Positions 41,893 to 52,477 of a stretch of 64,000 bases of DNA are shown here, in pieces; position 1 is the stretch's first letter; each line of letters opens with the position of its first letter. The stretch is from assembly GCA_963771465.1 (NCBI GenBank), contig CAVYTU010000007.1, positions 75,223-139,222 of the forward strand, given 5' to 3'. The translations under genes and the position numbers were made by a program. The notes below the pieces were generated by a model. That model had not been told where the DNA came from. It made no database searches and saw only the letters and a list, made by a program, of their open reading frames with translations. Origin of the DNA: an uncultured delta proteobacterium. GTDB taxonomy: Bacteria; Desulfobacterota; Binatia; UBA9968.

Positions 41893-42893
41893 AGTGCTGC
41901 TCCTTGGGAACAAGCATCGCCTGTTCGAGCTAGATTGGTGACGGCGTCGCCGGCAAAGTGCTTTCCCTGCCACGTGTCGCGCCGAGCTAGCGCTTTGACG
42001 ATGGCGTTGTGGACGCCGCGCTTGTCGACCGACCATTCGGGCGCCACCGTGATCTCCCGATAGGTTTCCGCCGAGAGCCGGTGGATGACGATCTTGGGAT
42101 CTAAGAGTTCGACAAAGTCGAGGACGAGGTCGATGTATTGCTCTCGACTCAACAGCGGCACTTGGCCGAGATGATAATATTTTTCCAACTGGGTGTTTTT
42201 GATCACATGGAGATTGTGCAGTTTGACGCCGTCCATGCCGAGCCGGTTAAACAGCGCCGGGGTAGCGAGCATCTCCGCGCGGCTTTCGCCGGGAAAGCCG
42301 AGGATCAAGTGCGTGCACAGGCGCAGCCCGCGCGCTTTGACGCGGCGGACGGCGTCGATATATTCACTGAGCCCATGGCCACGATTGACCCAAGCGAGGG
42401 TGCGGTCATACATCGACTCAAGTCCTACTTCAAGCCAGAGATAGGTTTGTCTCGATAATTGGCTCAAGAGCTCCAAGACATCCTCGCCGAGACAATCGGG
42501 CCGTGTGGCAATCGAGACGCCAATGACGCCGGGAAACTCAAGGGCCTCGCGGTACAGTCGCTCCAACTTGGTGATGTCATCGTAAGTGTTCGAATAGCTC
42601 TGAAAATAGGCGATGAACTTCTCCGCTTTGTGGCGTTTTTGCAGTGCCAGCGCGCCTTGCTCAAGCTGCGCGGTAACGGACATGCGCGGCTGATAGCTTT
42701 TCGCCGTGTGGCTGGCATTGTTGCAGTAAATACAGCCGCCGACCGCGACCTTGCCGTCGCGGTTCGGACAAGTGAAGTCCAAGCGCAGGCCGATCTTATA
42801 CACCCGCGCGTCGAAGCGCTCGCGTAGAATGCCGTTGAACGAATTGAAGCGTCGGCCGCGCCAACGCTGTGGCAAATAATTTGGTAAATCCAT
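41889..42893 (-). CDS. TIGR01212 (YhcC-like) radical SAM protein
   Basis: FTCPNRDG..GGCIYC, AYFQ.YSNTY, ATRPDC, HLILG.PGE, VKLHNL. Confidence 0.93.
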   Translation of the reverse strand: MDLPNYLPQRWRGRRFNSFNGILRERFDARVYKIGLRLDFTCPNRDGKVAVGGCIYCNNASHTAKSYQPRMSVTAQLEQGALALQKRHKAEKFIAYFQSYSNTYDDITKLERLYREALEFPGVIGVSIATRPDCLGEDVLELLSQLSRQTYLWLEVGLESMYDRTLAWVNRGHGLSEYIDAVRRVKARGLRLCTHLILGFPGESRAEMLATPALFNRLGMDGVKLHNLHVIKNTQLEKYYHLGQVPLLSREQYIDLVLDFVELLDPKIVIHRLSAETYREITVAPEWSVDKRGVHNAIVKALARRDTWQGKHFAGDAVTNLARTGDACSQGAAL

Positions 42894-43049
42894 GGCAGAT
42901 AAAATGACGGTTAACAAAAAGCTGGTGAATGTACAAGGCGTTCTGAGTGTCTCAGCGGTAATTCTTTAGCCCATCAAAACGCCTGCTGCGGGCAACGAAA
43001 GTTGCGGATAAAGCATCATTTTTTCGCGCTTTGGAGGATGGCTATCAAC

Positions 43050-43077
43050 TTGACAATAGGAGGGAATTGTCTATATT
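43050..43077 (+). promoter_or_regulatory. sigma70-like promoter of the yceD-rpmF-plsX operon
   Basis: TTGACA-16 nt-TATATT upstream of yceD. Confidence 0.55.
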
Positions 43078-43109
43078 CGATGAACACTGAACGGCCCGCA
43101 TTAGCGCCG

Positions 43110-43646
43110 ATGAAAATCTCCATCGACGAGATTCCTCAAACACCGAAAGAGATCGATTTCTCCGAGAACGTTGAGGAACTCAACAAGATATACAGCCGAG
43201 ACAATAGCCCGGATTTCGGCTTTCCGCCATCGTTGGATGTGCATTTGGTCTATTATCGATCGGGCCCGGAGCTTTTTTTTAGCGGCAATTTTAGCGGTGC
43301 GTTCACGGGTCATTGCGGCCGCTGTCTGGAAGAGTTCCACTTTTCGCTCGATCAGAGATTCGATTTCGTGCTAACTCCCGATCCGAAACGATCGAGCCAT
43401 GGGGCGGCGGAGTTACATCGCGACGAGCTCGGTTTAAGCTATTATTCTTCGGAAGAAGTTGATATGGCACCCTTGATCGCAGAGCAAGTGATATTGGCAT
43501 TGCCAACCAGACCGCTGTGCTCGGAAAATTGCCGTGGCCTCTGCGGCCATTGTGGAGCGAACTTAAACAGTGAGAGTTGCAATTGCGCTGACGTTGACGG
43601 CGATCCGCGCATGGCGCTATTCCGCAGGCTCAAAGTCGGACAATAG
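43110..43646 (+). CDS. yceD: YceD/DUF177 family protein
   Basis: CGRCL, LC..NCRGLC..CG.NLN...C.C, DPR; upstream of rpmF. Confidence 0.92.
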   Translation: MKISIDEIPQTPKEIDFSENVEELNKIYSRDNSPDFGFPPSLDVHLVYYRSGPELFFSGNFSGAFTGHCGRCLEEFHFSLDQRFDFVLTPDPKRSSHGAAELHRDELGLSYYSSEEVDMAPLIAEQVILALPTRPLCSENCRGLCGHCGANLNSESCNCADVDGDPRMALFRRLKVGQ

Positions 43647-43704
43647 CGTGAAACGAATTTTGATCGGCTGATATATTAATTGAAAGAAAGATAGGGTCAT
43701 ACTT

Positions 43705-43887
43705 ATGCCGGTACCCAAACGAAGAACTTCGAAGCGAGTGAAGAACCAGCGCCGTTCGCACGATCATCTAACCAAGCCGCAGTGGAGCACCTGCCCCAAT
43801 TGTAGCGAAACCGTTTTGCCCCATCGGGCGTGCGCCAAGTGCGGCTTTTACCGCGGCCGCGCGGTCATCCCAACCGAAGAAAGTTAA
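43705..43887 (+). CDS. rpmF: 50S ribosomal protein L32
   Basis: MPVPKRRTSK...RRSH, CPNC...PHRAC..CGFYRG. Confidence 0.97.
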   Translation: MPVPKRRTSKRVKNQRRSHDHLTKPQWSTCPNCSETVLPHRACAKCGFYRGRAVIPTEES

Positions 43888-43901
43888 GTCTTCTACTTCC
43901 C

Positions 43902-45023
43902 ATGCCGAAAATCGCCATCGATGCGATGGGCGGAGACCACGCCCCAGGAGTCGTGATCGAGGGTGTATTGCTTGCGGCTCAAGGGCTTGGCGTCGAGCTC
44001 GTGCTGATCGGTCAGAATGAAGCCATCGAGCAGGAGCTCGCCAGGCACCCTCACGCGCCGAAATTTGACATTGTCGCCGCATCGCAAGTCGTGCCCATGC
44101 ACGAGGCGCCGAGCGTCGCGTTACGCAAAAAGGACTCGTCGATGAAAGTCGGCTTCGAGATGATGAAGCGCGGCGAAGTCGACGCGGTGGTGAGCGCGGG
44201 CAACTCCGGCGCGATGATGGCGATCGGCATGTTCGTCATGGGCCGGCTTTCGCAAGTCGCCCGGCCCGCGATCCTCGTCGTCGTGCCGAATCTCGACAAG
44301 GGGACCGTTATCGTCGACGCCGGCGCCAACGTCGATTGCAAGCCGCTGCACCTGGTCCAATTCGGTCTCATGGGTTCGATCTATGCCGAGCGAGTCTTGG
44401 GTGTTACCAACCCACGGGTCGGTGTGTTGAGCAACGGCGAGGAAGAAGGTAAAGGCACGGACTTGACCCGCGCTGCGAGCGAGCAGTTGGCCGCGGTGCC
44501 GGTCAATTACATCGGTTACGTCGAAGGGCGCGATATTTTCAACGGCAAGGTCGATGTGGTGGTTTGCGACGGTTTTACCGGCAACGTTGCGCTCAAAACC
44601 ATGGAAGGCGTGGCCAGTTTCGCCGGCGAAGTTTTGAAAGATGCTTTCAAGCAGAGCGTATCGAGTAAGTTGGGATATTTGATGAGCCGTAACTCGCTCA
44701 AGCAAGCGTACCGCCGGCTGGATTACGCCGAGTACGGCGGCGCGCCGCTGATCGGTTTGGACGGCGTTGCGATCATCGCGCACGGCGGGTCAAATCCGCT
44801 GGCGATCAAAAACGCCATTCGTCAAGCGCGCGACGCGGTCGATCAGCAGATGAATCGCCATATCGCCGAGGCTTTGGCTGAACTGGATCGCATCGCAGGA
44901 GATCGTAAAGCGGGATTGCCGCAAAAACTCTGGCATCGGCTCAAGTCAAAGATCGAAACCATCGGCGAAAAGAGCGATACGCCGAGCGGCACGGAGGTAC
45001 GGAGGCGGAATGGCGAGTCCTAA
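43902..45023 (+). CDS. plsX: phosphate acyltransferase
   Basis: IAIDAMGGD.AP, SAGNSGA, DAGAN, NGEEEGKG, CDGFTGN, HGGS. Confidence 0.96.
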   Translation: MPKIAIDAMGGDHAPGVVIEGVLLAAQGLGVELVLIGQNEAIEQELARHPHAPKFDIVAASQVVPMHEAPSVALRKKDSSMKVGFEMMKRGEVDAVVSAGNSGAMMAIGMFVMGRLSQVARPAILVVVPNLDKGTVIVDAGANVDCKPLHLVQFGLMGSIYAERVLGVTNPRVGVLSNGEEEGKGTDLTRAASEQLAAVPVNYIGYVEGRDIFNGKVDVVVCDGFTGNVALKTMEGVASFAGEVLKDAFKQSVSSKLGYLMSRNSLKQAYRRLDYAEYGGAPLIGLDGVAIIAHGGSNPLAIKNAIRQARDAVDQQMNRHIAEALAELDRIAGDRKAGLPQKLWHRLKSKIETIGEKSDTPSGTEVRRRNGES

Positions 45024-45948
45024 TATCGCATACGTCTTTCCCGGTCAGGGATCGCAATCCGTCGGCATGGGCAAGGAGTTTTGCACCCAGTTTTCAGTTG
45101 CCAAACAGGTATTCGCCGAAGCTGACGATGCCCTCGGTTTTTCACTGAGCCGGCTCTGTTTCGAAGGCCCTGAAGCGGATCTCAAGCTTACGGAAAATAC
45201 CCAGCCGGCGATTCTCACCGTGTCGATCGCGGCGTTGCGTGTGCTCCAAGCGGAAACTGCTTTGCGGCCAGCCTATGTCGCGGGTCACAGTCTCGGTGAA
45301 TACAGCGCGTTGGTCGCCGTCGGCGCGTTGCGTTTCGGCGATGCAGTGCGAATAGTCGGCCAGCGCGGCCGCTTGATGCAGCAAGCGGTGCCTGCCGGAG
45401 TCGGCGCCATGGCGGTAATTCTCGGCTTGGAAATGGACGCGGTGCGCGCGCTCTGCGTCGACGCTAGTCAAGGCGAAGTGGTCGCGCCGGCGAATTACAA
45501 CGGCGGCGGTCAAATCGTCATCGCCGGCACGAAAACTGCGGTCGCTCGGGCTATGGCACTGGCCCAGGAGCGCGGCGCCAAACGGGCGTTAGATCTGCCC
45601 GTAAGCGCGCCATTTCATTGCCAATTGATGCAGCCGGCAGCGGACGGCTTGAAGCAGGTCTTGAGTGAATTTATCATCCAACCTTTTTCCGTCGGCGTTG
45701 TCACCAACGTCGAAGCGGATGTCAATCAAGATGCCAACCGAGTGAAAGAGCTGTTGTCCGAGCAAGCGGTCAAGCCGGTGCGCTGGGAAGAATCGGTGCG
45801 AAAATTGTATCTTCTGGGTTGCGCGCGGGCCTTGGAGATTGGTCCAGGCAAAGTGTTAAAAGGTCTGATCAAGCGTATCGCGCCGGACATGGCAGTCGAC
45901 AATTTTGAAACGCCGCAAGACCTGCCGCGAATCGCCGCGGCCGCATGA
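45010..45948 (+). CDS. fabD: malonyl CoA-ACP transacylase
   Basis: FPGQGSQ, TQPAI, GHSLGE, SAPFH. Confidence 0.96.
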   Translation: MASPNIAYVFPGQGSQSVGMGKEFCTQFSVAKQVFAEADDALGFSLSRLCFEGPEADLKLTENTQPAILTVSIAALRVLQAETALRPAYVAGHSLGEYSALVAVGALRFGDAVRIVGQRGRLMQQAVPAGVGAMAVILGLEMDAVRALCVDASQGEVVAPANYNGGGQIVIAGTKTAVARAMALAQERGAKRALDLPVSAPFHCQLMQPAADGLKQVLSEFIIQPFSVGVVTNVEADVNQDANRVKELLSEQAVKPVRWEESVRKLYLLGCARALEIGPGKVLKGLIKRIAPDMAVDNFETPQDLPRIAAAA

Positions 45949-46697
45949 GCTCGATGAATCTTCAGGGCCAAGTGGCGTTGGTCACCGGCGCCAGCCGTGG
46001 CATCGGCAGAGCGATCGCGTTGAGCCTCAGCCGAGCCGGTGCCCATGTGATTGTCAATTATCGCGGCAATCAGGCGGCGGCTGAAGAATCCCTGAGCGCG
46101 ATAATTGCCCAAGGGGGAAAGGGCGAGCTGTGCCCTTTCGACGTCGCCGATGAGACGCAGATCGAAGCGGCGGTCAAAAATATCGTTGACCGACATCAGA
46201 AAATTGATATTCTCGTCAACAATGCCGGCGTAACCGCCGATGGTCTCTTGATGCGCATGAAACCGGCGGATTGGGAGCAAGTCATCGGCGTCAATTTGAA
46301 GGGCACGATTCTCTGTACCAAAGCGGTCTCGCGCATGATGATTCGCCAGCACGGCGGCCGGATTGTCAACCTGTCGTCAGTGGTGGGCCAGAGCGGCAAT
46401 GTGGGGCAGTCGCTTTACGCGGCATCGAAAGCGGGAATCATTGGTTTCACCAAGTCGGTGGCGCGCGAAGTCGCTTCGCGCGGCGTGACCGTCAACGCGG
46501 TGGCGCCCGGATTCATCGACACCGACATGACCCACCGCTTGCCGGAAAAGTTGCGCGAGGAGTTCCGCCACGCCATTCCTCTCGGCCGTTTCGGCACTTG
46601 TGATGAAGTGGCTGACATGGTTTTGTTTCTAGTGGGGCCGGGGGCGGGCTATGTGACCGGACAGGTTTTCGGTATTAATGGCGGGCTATACATGTGA
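45945..46697 (+). CDS. fabG: 3-oxoacyl-ACP reductase
   Basis: TGASRGIG, NNAG, YAASK, PGFIDTDMT. Confidence 0.96.
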   Translation: MSSMNLQGQVALVTGASRGIGRAIALSLSRAGAHVIVNYRGNQAAAEESLSAIIAQGGKGELCPFDVADETQIEAAVKNIVDRHQKIDILVNNAGVTADGLLMRMKPADWEQVIGVNLKGTILCTKAVSRMMIRQHGGRIVNLSSVVGQSGNVGQSLYAASKAGIIGFTKSVAREVASRGVTVNAVAPGFIDTDMTHRLPEKLREEFRHAIPLGRFGTCDEVADMVLFLVGPGAGYVTGQVFGINGGLYM

Positions 46698-46724
46698 TCA
46701 ATTTGTAGCAGGAGGTATGGGAAG

Positions 46725-46961
46725 ATGGCGGCATCGGTACAAGCACGAGTAAAAGAAATCGTTTGTGAGCAGTTGGGCGTAAGCGCGGAAGAAGTGACGC
46801 CGGAGGCGTCGTTCATCGAGGATTTGGGTGCGGACTCCCTCGACATCGTCGAGTTAGTCATGGCCCTCGAAGAAGAATACGAGATGGAAATCTCCGACGA
46901 GGACGCTGAGAAGATTAAAACCGTCCAGGATGTCATCACATATATCGAGGGACATCGCTAA
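46725..46961 (+). CDS. acpP: acyl carrier protein
   Basis: [14 protein letters not shown]. Confidence 0.97.
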   Translation: MAASVQARVKEIVCEQLGVSAEEVTPEASFIEDLGADSLDIVELVMALEEEYEMEISDEDAEKIKTVQDVITYIEGHR

Positions 46962-47112
46962 TCCGATTGGGGCGATTTGACGCCGGCCGGTGTTTTCGGG
47001 GCCGAGCCGGATTCGATTCCGATACTGCGGGACGACGCTTCGGGCGATCTCTCCTGCAATTTCTCTTGTTTCAACACATTTAGTCATCTGAATACGAGTG
47101 TCGTGGAAGGAT

Positions 47113-47586
47113 ATGATCGCCATCGGTTGCGACCACGGTGGAGTGGAGCTTAAAGAATTTTTGCTTGGCTGTTTGCGCGGCCAAGGCGTCGAGGTGCGCG
47201 ACTGCGGCACTGAAGGTGCCGCGTCTGTGGATTATCCCGACTATGGCCGTGAAGTATCTGAACGCGTTTCCGCCGGCGCAGTCGAGCGCGGTGTTTTGAT
47301 CTGCACCAGCGGCATCGGCATGTCGATCGTCGCCAATAAATTCCCCGGCGTGCGCGCGGCGCTGGTTTTCGATATTGATGCGGCGCGCTCCAGCCGGGAG
47401 CACAACGACGCTAATATTCTCGTCTTGAGCGGCGCCAAGACCGAGCCGCAACTGGCCCGGCAAATTGTCGAAGCATGGCTCGCGACACCTTTTGCCGGCG
47501 GCCGCCATCAGCGCCGGGTGGACAAAATTTCACGACTGGAACAGGAGCTCGGCTCGCAATTGAACGTTCAGGGTAAAGCGGGTTAA
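47113..47586 (+). CDS. rpiB: ribose 5-phosphate isomerase B
   Basis: IGCDHGG, SVDYPD, ICTSGIG, HNDAN, GGRH.RR. Confidence 0.95.
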   Translation: MIAIGCDHGGVELKEFLLGCLRGQGVEVRDCGTEGAASVDYPDYGREVSERVSAGAVERGVLICTSGIGMSIVANKFPGVRAALVFDIDAARSSREHNDANILVLSGAKTEPQLARQIVEAWLATPFAGGRHQRRVDKISRLEQELGSQLNVQGKAG

Positions 47587-47589
47587 TGA

Positions 47590-48849
47590 ATGAGTATGTC
47601 ATTTCTCGAACAGACCGATAAAGACGTGTTTGCCGCGATACAAAAGGAAACACGGCGATTGGAAGGCAATCTCGAACTAATCGCCTCGGAAAACGTCGTC
47701 AGTGAAGCAGTGCTCGAAGCGCAGGGCTCCGTGATGACGAACAAATACGCCGAAGGCTATCCGGGCAAGCGTTACTACGGCGGTTGCGAGTTCGTCGATG
47801 AAGTCGAGTCGTTGGCGATCGCGCGGGCAAAAGAGCTGTTCGGCGCTGACCACGCCAACGTGCAGGCGCACTCGGGATCGCAGGCGAACATGACCGTCTA
47901 TCTCGCGGTGCTTAAGCCGGGCGATAGCTATCTCGGCATGAACCTCGCCCATGGCGGCCATTTGTCGATGGGTAGCCCGGTGAATTTTTCCGGAATCATC
48001 TATAAAGTTATTCCCTACGGCGTTGCGGAAAAAACCGAGACCATCGATTACGACGAAGTCGAACGGTTGGCCAAAGAGCACCGGCCTAAATTGGTCATCG
48101 CCGGCGCCAGCGCTTATCCACGCATCATCGATTATCCGCGCTTTCGCAAGATTGCCGACGAGATCGGCGCGTTCTTGATGGTCGATATGGCGCATATCGC
48201 CGGCCTAGTGGCAGCGGGGCTGCATCCCAGCCCGGTGCCTTACGCCGACTTCGTCACGACGACCACGCATAAGACTTTGCGCGGGCCGCGCGGCGGCATG
48301 GTACTCTGCAAAGCCGAGCATGCGAAATCCATCGACAGCAAGGTTTTTCCCGGCCTGCAGGGCGGGCCGCTGATGCACGTGATCGCCGCTAAAGCGGTGG
48401 CGCTTAAAGAAGCGCTTAGCCCGGAGTTCAAAATCTACCAGCAGCAGATCGTCAAGAATGCTCAGGCGCTGGCTCACGGGCTGATAAAAAACGGTTTCCG
48501 CTTAACTTCCGATGGCACGGACAACCATCTGATGTTGGTCGATCTGCGCAAGTCCGAGCTAACCGGAAAAGTCGCCCAAGAGACTTTGGACAAGGCGCGT
48601 ATCACGGTCAACAAGAACGGCATTCCTTTCGACACCCGCTCGCCGTTCGTCACCAGCGGTATTCGCATCGGTACGCCGGCGGTGACCACCCGCGCTATGA
48701 AGGAAAGGGAGATGGCGATGATCGCCGACTTGATCGCGCGCGCGCTCGGTTCGGTGAGCGATGAAGCCAAGCTGCGCGCGGTGGCCGATGACGTGGGCGA
48801 GCTGTGCAAAAAATTTCCGGTATATCCGCACCGTTTGGGCAAAGCTTAG
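47590..48849 (+). CDS. glyA: serine hydroxymethyltransferase
   Basis: [41 protein letters not shown]. Confidence 0.98.
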   Translation: MSMSFLEQTDKDVFAAIQKETRRLEGNLELIASENVVSEAVLEAQGSVMTNKYAEGYPGKRYYGGCEFVDEVESLAIARAKELFGADHANVQAHSGSQANMTVYLAVLKPGDSYLGMNLAHGGHLSMGSPVNFSGIIYKVIPYGVAEKTETIDYDEVERLAKEHRPKLVIAGASAYPRIIDYPRFRKIADEIGAFLMVDMAHIAGLVAAGLHPSPVPYADFVTTTTHKTLRGPRGGMVLCKAEHAKSIDSKVFPGLQGGPLMHVIAAKAVALKEALSPEFKIYQQQIVKNAQALAHGLIKNGFRLTSDGTDNHLMLVDLRKSELTGKVAQETLDKARITVNKNGIPFDTRSPFVTSGIRIGTPAVTTRAMKEREMAMIADLIARALGSVSDEAKLRAVADDVGELCKKFPVYPHRLGKA

Positions 48850-48862
48850 CCAGAGATTCACG

Positions 48863-48938
48863 TCGAGGATTGAGGATCGAGGATAGAGGATGGCGCATTG
48901 AGATTTTCGATCTTCCATCCTCGATCCTCCATCATCGA
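48863..48938. repeat. inverted pair of heptamer tandem arrays (GAGGATN)n/(NATCCTC)n
   Basis: tcgaggattgaggatcgaggatagaggatgg ... tcgatcttccatcctcgatcctccatcatcga. Confidence 0.75.
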
Positions 48939-48946
48939 TTTTTAAG

Positions 48947-49465
48947 ATGAAATGTCCCTTTTGCCATGAAATAGAAAACCGCGTCATCGATTCGCGCTTG
49001 AGCAAGGACAACAACATGATCCGGCGCCGGCGCGAGTGCGAACGCTGCACGCGCCGCTTCACGACTTACGAACGGGTCGAGGAGATGATGCCGCTGATCG
49101 TCAAAAAAGACGGCCGGCGCGAGGGCTATGACCGGGTCAAAATCATCAATGGACTCAAACGCGCCTGCGAGAAGCGGCCGGTGAGTATTAACACCATCGA
49201 AACCATCGCCGACAGCATCGAGCGGACTTTGCAAGAACGCGGCGAAAAGGAAATCGTCAGCTCGGTCATCGGCGAAGCTTTGATGCGCGAACTGCACGAT
49301 ACCGATCCGGTCGCCTATGTGCGCTTCGCCTCGGTGTACCGTTCGTTCAAGGACATCAGCGAGTTCATGGTCGAGCTCGAAGAGTTGATCAAAGAGCGCA
49401 AGGTGCCTCTGGTTAAAGTGGCCAAGGCTATCAAGCCGCTTGACCCGCGCCAGAGAAGGGATTAG
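48947..49465 (+). CDS. nrdR: transcriptional repressor NrdR
   Basis: MKCPFC, VIDSR, RRRREC..C..RFTTYE, ATP cone, YVRFASVY. Confidence 0.97.
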   Translation: MKCPFCHEIENRVIDSRLSKDNNMIRRRRECERCTRRFTTYERVEEMMPLIVKKDGRREGYDRVKIINGLKRACEKRPVSINTIETIADSIERTLQERGEKEIVSSVIGEALMRELHDTDPVAYVRFASVYRSFKDISEFMVELEELIKERKVPLVKVAKAIKPLDPRQRRD

Positions 49466-49470
49466 CCGCG

Positions 49471-50574
49471 TTGGCCCAGTCTCGCTGGAGCGATCAAGAG
49501 CGGCGCTACCTCCGTTTGGCGTGCCGCTTGGCGCGCAAAGCCGCCGGTCGCACCAGTCCCAATCCCATCGTCGGCGCGGTGCTGGTGCGCGGCGGCAAGA
49601 TCGTCGGCACTGGCTACCATCGAAAGGCCGGCGGCGATCACGCTGAAATCGTCGCGCTAAAAACTGCCGGGACGAAAGCCCAAGGCGCGACGCTTTATAT
49701 TACCCTGGAACCTTGCAGCCACTATGGCCGCACGCCGCCGTGCGCCGATGCGCTGATTCGCGCCGGCATTAAGGCCGTCGTTGCCGGCATGGGTGACCCC
49801 AATCCGCGTGTTGCCGGTCGTGGCTTCGATAAACTTCGCCGTGCCGGTATCAAAGTTCAAGTTGGTGCATGCGAAACTGAATGCCGACAATTGCTTGAAG
49901 CTTTTTCGAAATTCATCACTCGGCGCATTCCCTTTGTGACGCTCAAGCTCGCCGCGACACTCGACGGAAAGATCGCGACTGCAAGCGGCGATTCGCGCTG
50001 GATCAGCGGCCCAGCGTCGCGCGCGCGGGTGCACCGATGGCGCAATGAAATGGATGCCGTGCTGGTCGGTGTGGAGACCGTGCGCGCCGATGATCCGCAG
50101 TTGACTTGCCGGATTGTCGGCGGGCGTAATCCCTATCGGTTGGTGCTCGATAGCCGCTTGCGCATTTCGCTGACGGCGCAACTGCTACGGCAGAAGGATT
50201 CTGAGAAAACTATTATCGCCACGACCACAAAAGTATCAGCGGCAAAAATTCGCGCTATCCAAGCCCTCGGCGCGCAGGTCTGGTGTTTGCCTGGGCGCGA
50301 CAATCGCATCGCTTGGCAGCCATTGCTAAAAAAACTCGCGGCACAAGGAGTAGTCAGCGTCCTCATCGAGGGCGGCGCGGCGGTGGCGGCGTCGGCGCTC
50401 AAAAATAACCTTGTCGATAAGGTCGAGTTCTTTTATGCGCCGAAAATTCTCGGCGGCGACGGCCGCGCGATGATCGGCGGTTTAGCGATAGGCAAGATGG
50501 CCCGGGCGATTCAGGTGAAAAATCTGACCGTGCGCAAATCGGGCGACGACATTTGGGTTACAGGATATTTGTGA
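49471..50574 (+). CDS. ribD: riboflavin biosynthesis deaminase/reductase
   Basis: PNP.VGA, HAE, LEPC.H.GRTPPC, TLDGKIA, EGG. Confidence 0.96.
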   Translation: MAQSRWSDQERRYLRLACRLARKAAGRTSPNPIVGAVLVRGGKIVGTGYHRKAGGDHAEIVALKTAGTKAQGATLYITLEPCSHYGRTPPCADALIRAGIKAVVAGMGDPNPRVAGRGFDKLRRAGIKVQVGACETECRQLLEAFSKFITRRIPFVTLKLAATLDGKIATASGDSRWISGPASRARVHRWRNEMDAVLVGVETVRADDPQLTCRIVGGRNPYRLVLDSRLRISLTAQLLRQKDSEKTIIATTTKVSAAKIRAIQALGAQVWCLPGRDNRIAWQPLLKKLAAQGVVSVLIEGGAAVAASALKNNLVDKVEFFYAPKILGGDGRAMIGGLAIGKMARAIQVKNLTVRKSGDDIWVTGYL

Positions 50575-50601
50575 TCCCCATCGACAGGAAGAATTGGCTC
50601 C

Positions 50602-51195
50602 ATGTTTACCGGATTGATTGAAGACGTTGGCAGGATTGGCGCGCTTAGATTTAAACACGGCTCGGCGGTGTTGACGGTAAAAACCAAGCTGGCGGTGCGC
50701 AGGATGGCGCTCGGCGCCAGTGTGGCGGTGAACGGCGCGTGCTTGACCGTCGTGAAGAAGCTCAGTGGCGCGTTTACGGTCGACGTCTCGCCGGAAACCC
50801 TGGCGCGAACCAACCTAGAAAAACTTTCCCTGGGCAGCTTGGTCAATTTGGAACAACCGATGCGTTTGCAAGAGCGGCTGGGTGGCCATCTCGTCACCGG
50901 CCATGTGGACGGCGTCGGCACTGTGGTATCGATACGCAAACATGGCGAGTTTACGATGTTCACTTTTAACGTCCCGGCGCGTCTGGGCCGGCTGCTGGTG
51001 TCCAAGGGGTCGGTGGCGGTGGACGGTGTCAGTCTCACCGTAAACGAATGCCGGCGCGACCGATTTTCCGTCGCAATCATCCCGTTCACCTTGCGGCACA
51101 CTAATTTGCAGGGCCGCAGGGTTGGTGATAAAGTCAATATCGAAACCGACCTGATCGGCAAGTACGTTCATAGTTTCCTAGAAAAGCGCCGCTGA
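50602..51195 (+). CDS. ribE: riboflavin synthase alpha chain
   Basis: MFTGLIE, NGACLTV, GGHLVTGHVD, KGSVAVDGVSLTV. Confidence 0.96.
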   Translation: MFTGLIEDVGRIGALRFKHGSAVLTVKTKLAVRRMALGASVAVNGACLTVVKKLSGAFTVDVSPETLARTNLEKLSLGSLVNLEQPMRLQERLGGHLVTGHVDGVGTVVSIRKHGEFTMFTFNVPARLGRLLVSKGSVAVDGVSLTVNECRRDRFSVAIIPFTLRHTNLQGRRVGDKVNIETDLIGKYVHSFLEKRR

Positions 51196-51229
51196 TTTAC
51201 CAATAACGGTGCTTCAAGAAGTTTGATTC

Positions 51230-52456
51230 ATGCCCATTTCGACCATCGAGCAAGGTATCGAAGATATCCGCAACGGCCGGATGGTGATCCTGGTCAACGA
51301 GGACGCACCCGACAGCGATGGCTTTTTCTGCTTGGCGGCAGAGAAGGTGTCAGCCGAGAGCATCAATCACATGATGCACCATGGGCGCGGCATTATTTAT
51401 GTCACCTTGACCGACGAAAGAATCCGCGAGCTGTGTATTCCGATGGTGTCGGCGGAAAATAGTTTGCTGTCGGGTTTGCTCAGCGGCGCGTCTTTTTCGG
51501 TGAACCTGCCGGGCGTGCATGGAGTCTCGGCCCAAGGTCGAGCCCACACCATCCGCGCGGTTATTTCGGATGAGATCAAACATGGCGAGCTGGTTGTTCC
51601 TGGTCACGTGCAACCTTTGCAAGCTCGCACCGGCGGAGTGTTGGCTCGCTCGGGGCGGACCGATGCGTCGGTGGATTTGGCGCGCTTGGCGGGCTTTAAA
51701 CCGGCAGGCGTGATTTGCCAGATCCTCGAAGAAGACGGTTCCATTGCGTTGCTGCCGTCGTTGGCCAAGCTCGCAGAGCGCCAGGGGCTAAAAATTCTTT
51801 CCGTGGCGAGCTTGATCGCTTATCGCTTGCGCAACGAGAGTCTGGTCGTGCGGGTCGCCGAAGAAGAGTTTCCGACGCTGCACGGCGGTAAATACAAAGC
51901 GATCGTTTACCGGAACGTGGTCGACGGCGCCGAGCATATGGCGCTGGTCAAAGGCGAAATTACCTCGAGCGACAACGTCTTGGTTCGACTGCATTCCGAA
52001 TGTCTCACCGGCGATGTGTTTGGCTCGGAGCGCTGCGACTGCGGTGATCAGATCCGCCAATCACTACGCCAAATCGATGAGCAAGGCAGCGGCGTGCTGG
52101 TTTATATGCATCAGGAAGGGCGCGGCATCGGACTTACCAACAAGATCCGAGCTTATGCATTGCAGGATCAGGGACGCGATACCGTGGAAGCCAATCTGGA
52201 GTTGGGCTTCAAAGAAGATCTCCGCGATTACGGCATTGGCGCGCAGATTCTCCGCGACCTGCACGTTGAAAAAGTGTCCTTGCTGACCAACAATCCGCGC
52301 AAGATCTCCGGCCTGGAAAATTACGGCGTCAAAGTCATCGAGAGAGTGCCGCTGGAAATTTCGCCGCGCGACTCTAATATACACTATCTCAGGACTAAGC
52401 AGAGCAAGCTCGGCCATATGCTGTCCAATCTCGAAGGCAAGCCGGTGAAACACTAG
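51230..52456 (+). CDS. ribBA: RibBA-type fusion: degenerate DHBP synthase domain + intact GTP cyclohydrolase II
   Basis: GCHII motifs [33 protein letters not shown] intact; DHBPS motifs substituted. Confidence 0.92.
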   Translation: MPISTIEQGIEDIRNGRMVILVNEDAPDSDGFFCLAAEKVSAESINHMMHHGRGIIYVTLTDERIRELCIPMVSAENSLLSGLLSGASFSVNLPGVHGVSAQGRAHTIRAVISDEIKHGELVVPGHVQPLQARTGGVLARSGRTDASVDLARLAGFKPAGVICQILEEDGSIALLPSLAKLAERQGLKILSVASLIAYRLRNESLVVRVAEEEFPTLHGGKYKAIVYRNVVDGAEHMALVKGEITSSDNVLVRLHSECLTGDVFGSERCDCGDQIRQSLRQIDEQGSGVLVYMHQEGRGIGLTNKIRAYALQDQGRDTVEANLELGFKEDLRDYGIGAQILRDLHVEKVSLLTNNPRKISGLENYGVKVIERVPLEISPRDSNIHYLRTKQSKLGHMLSNLEGKPVKH

Positions 52457-52477
52457 TTCTTCTGCCAGCGAAGATTC

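Noticed and set aside
48863-48938. CRISPR array
   Set aside because: 7-bp tandem units with no spacers; no cas genes in the window
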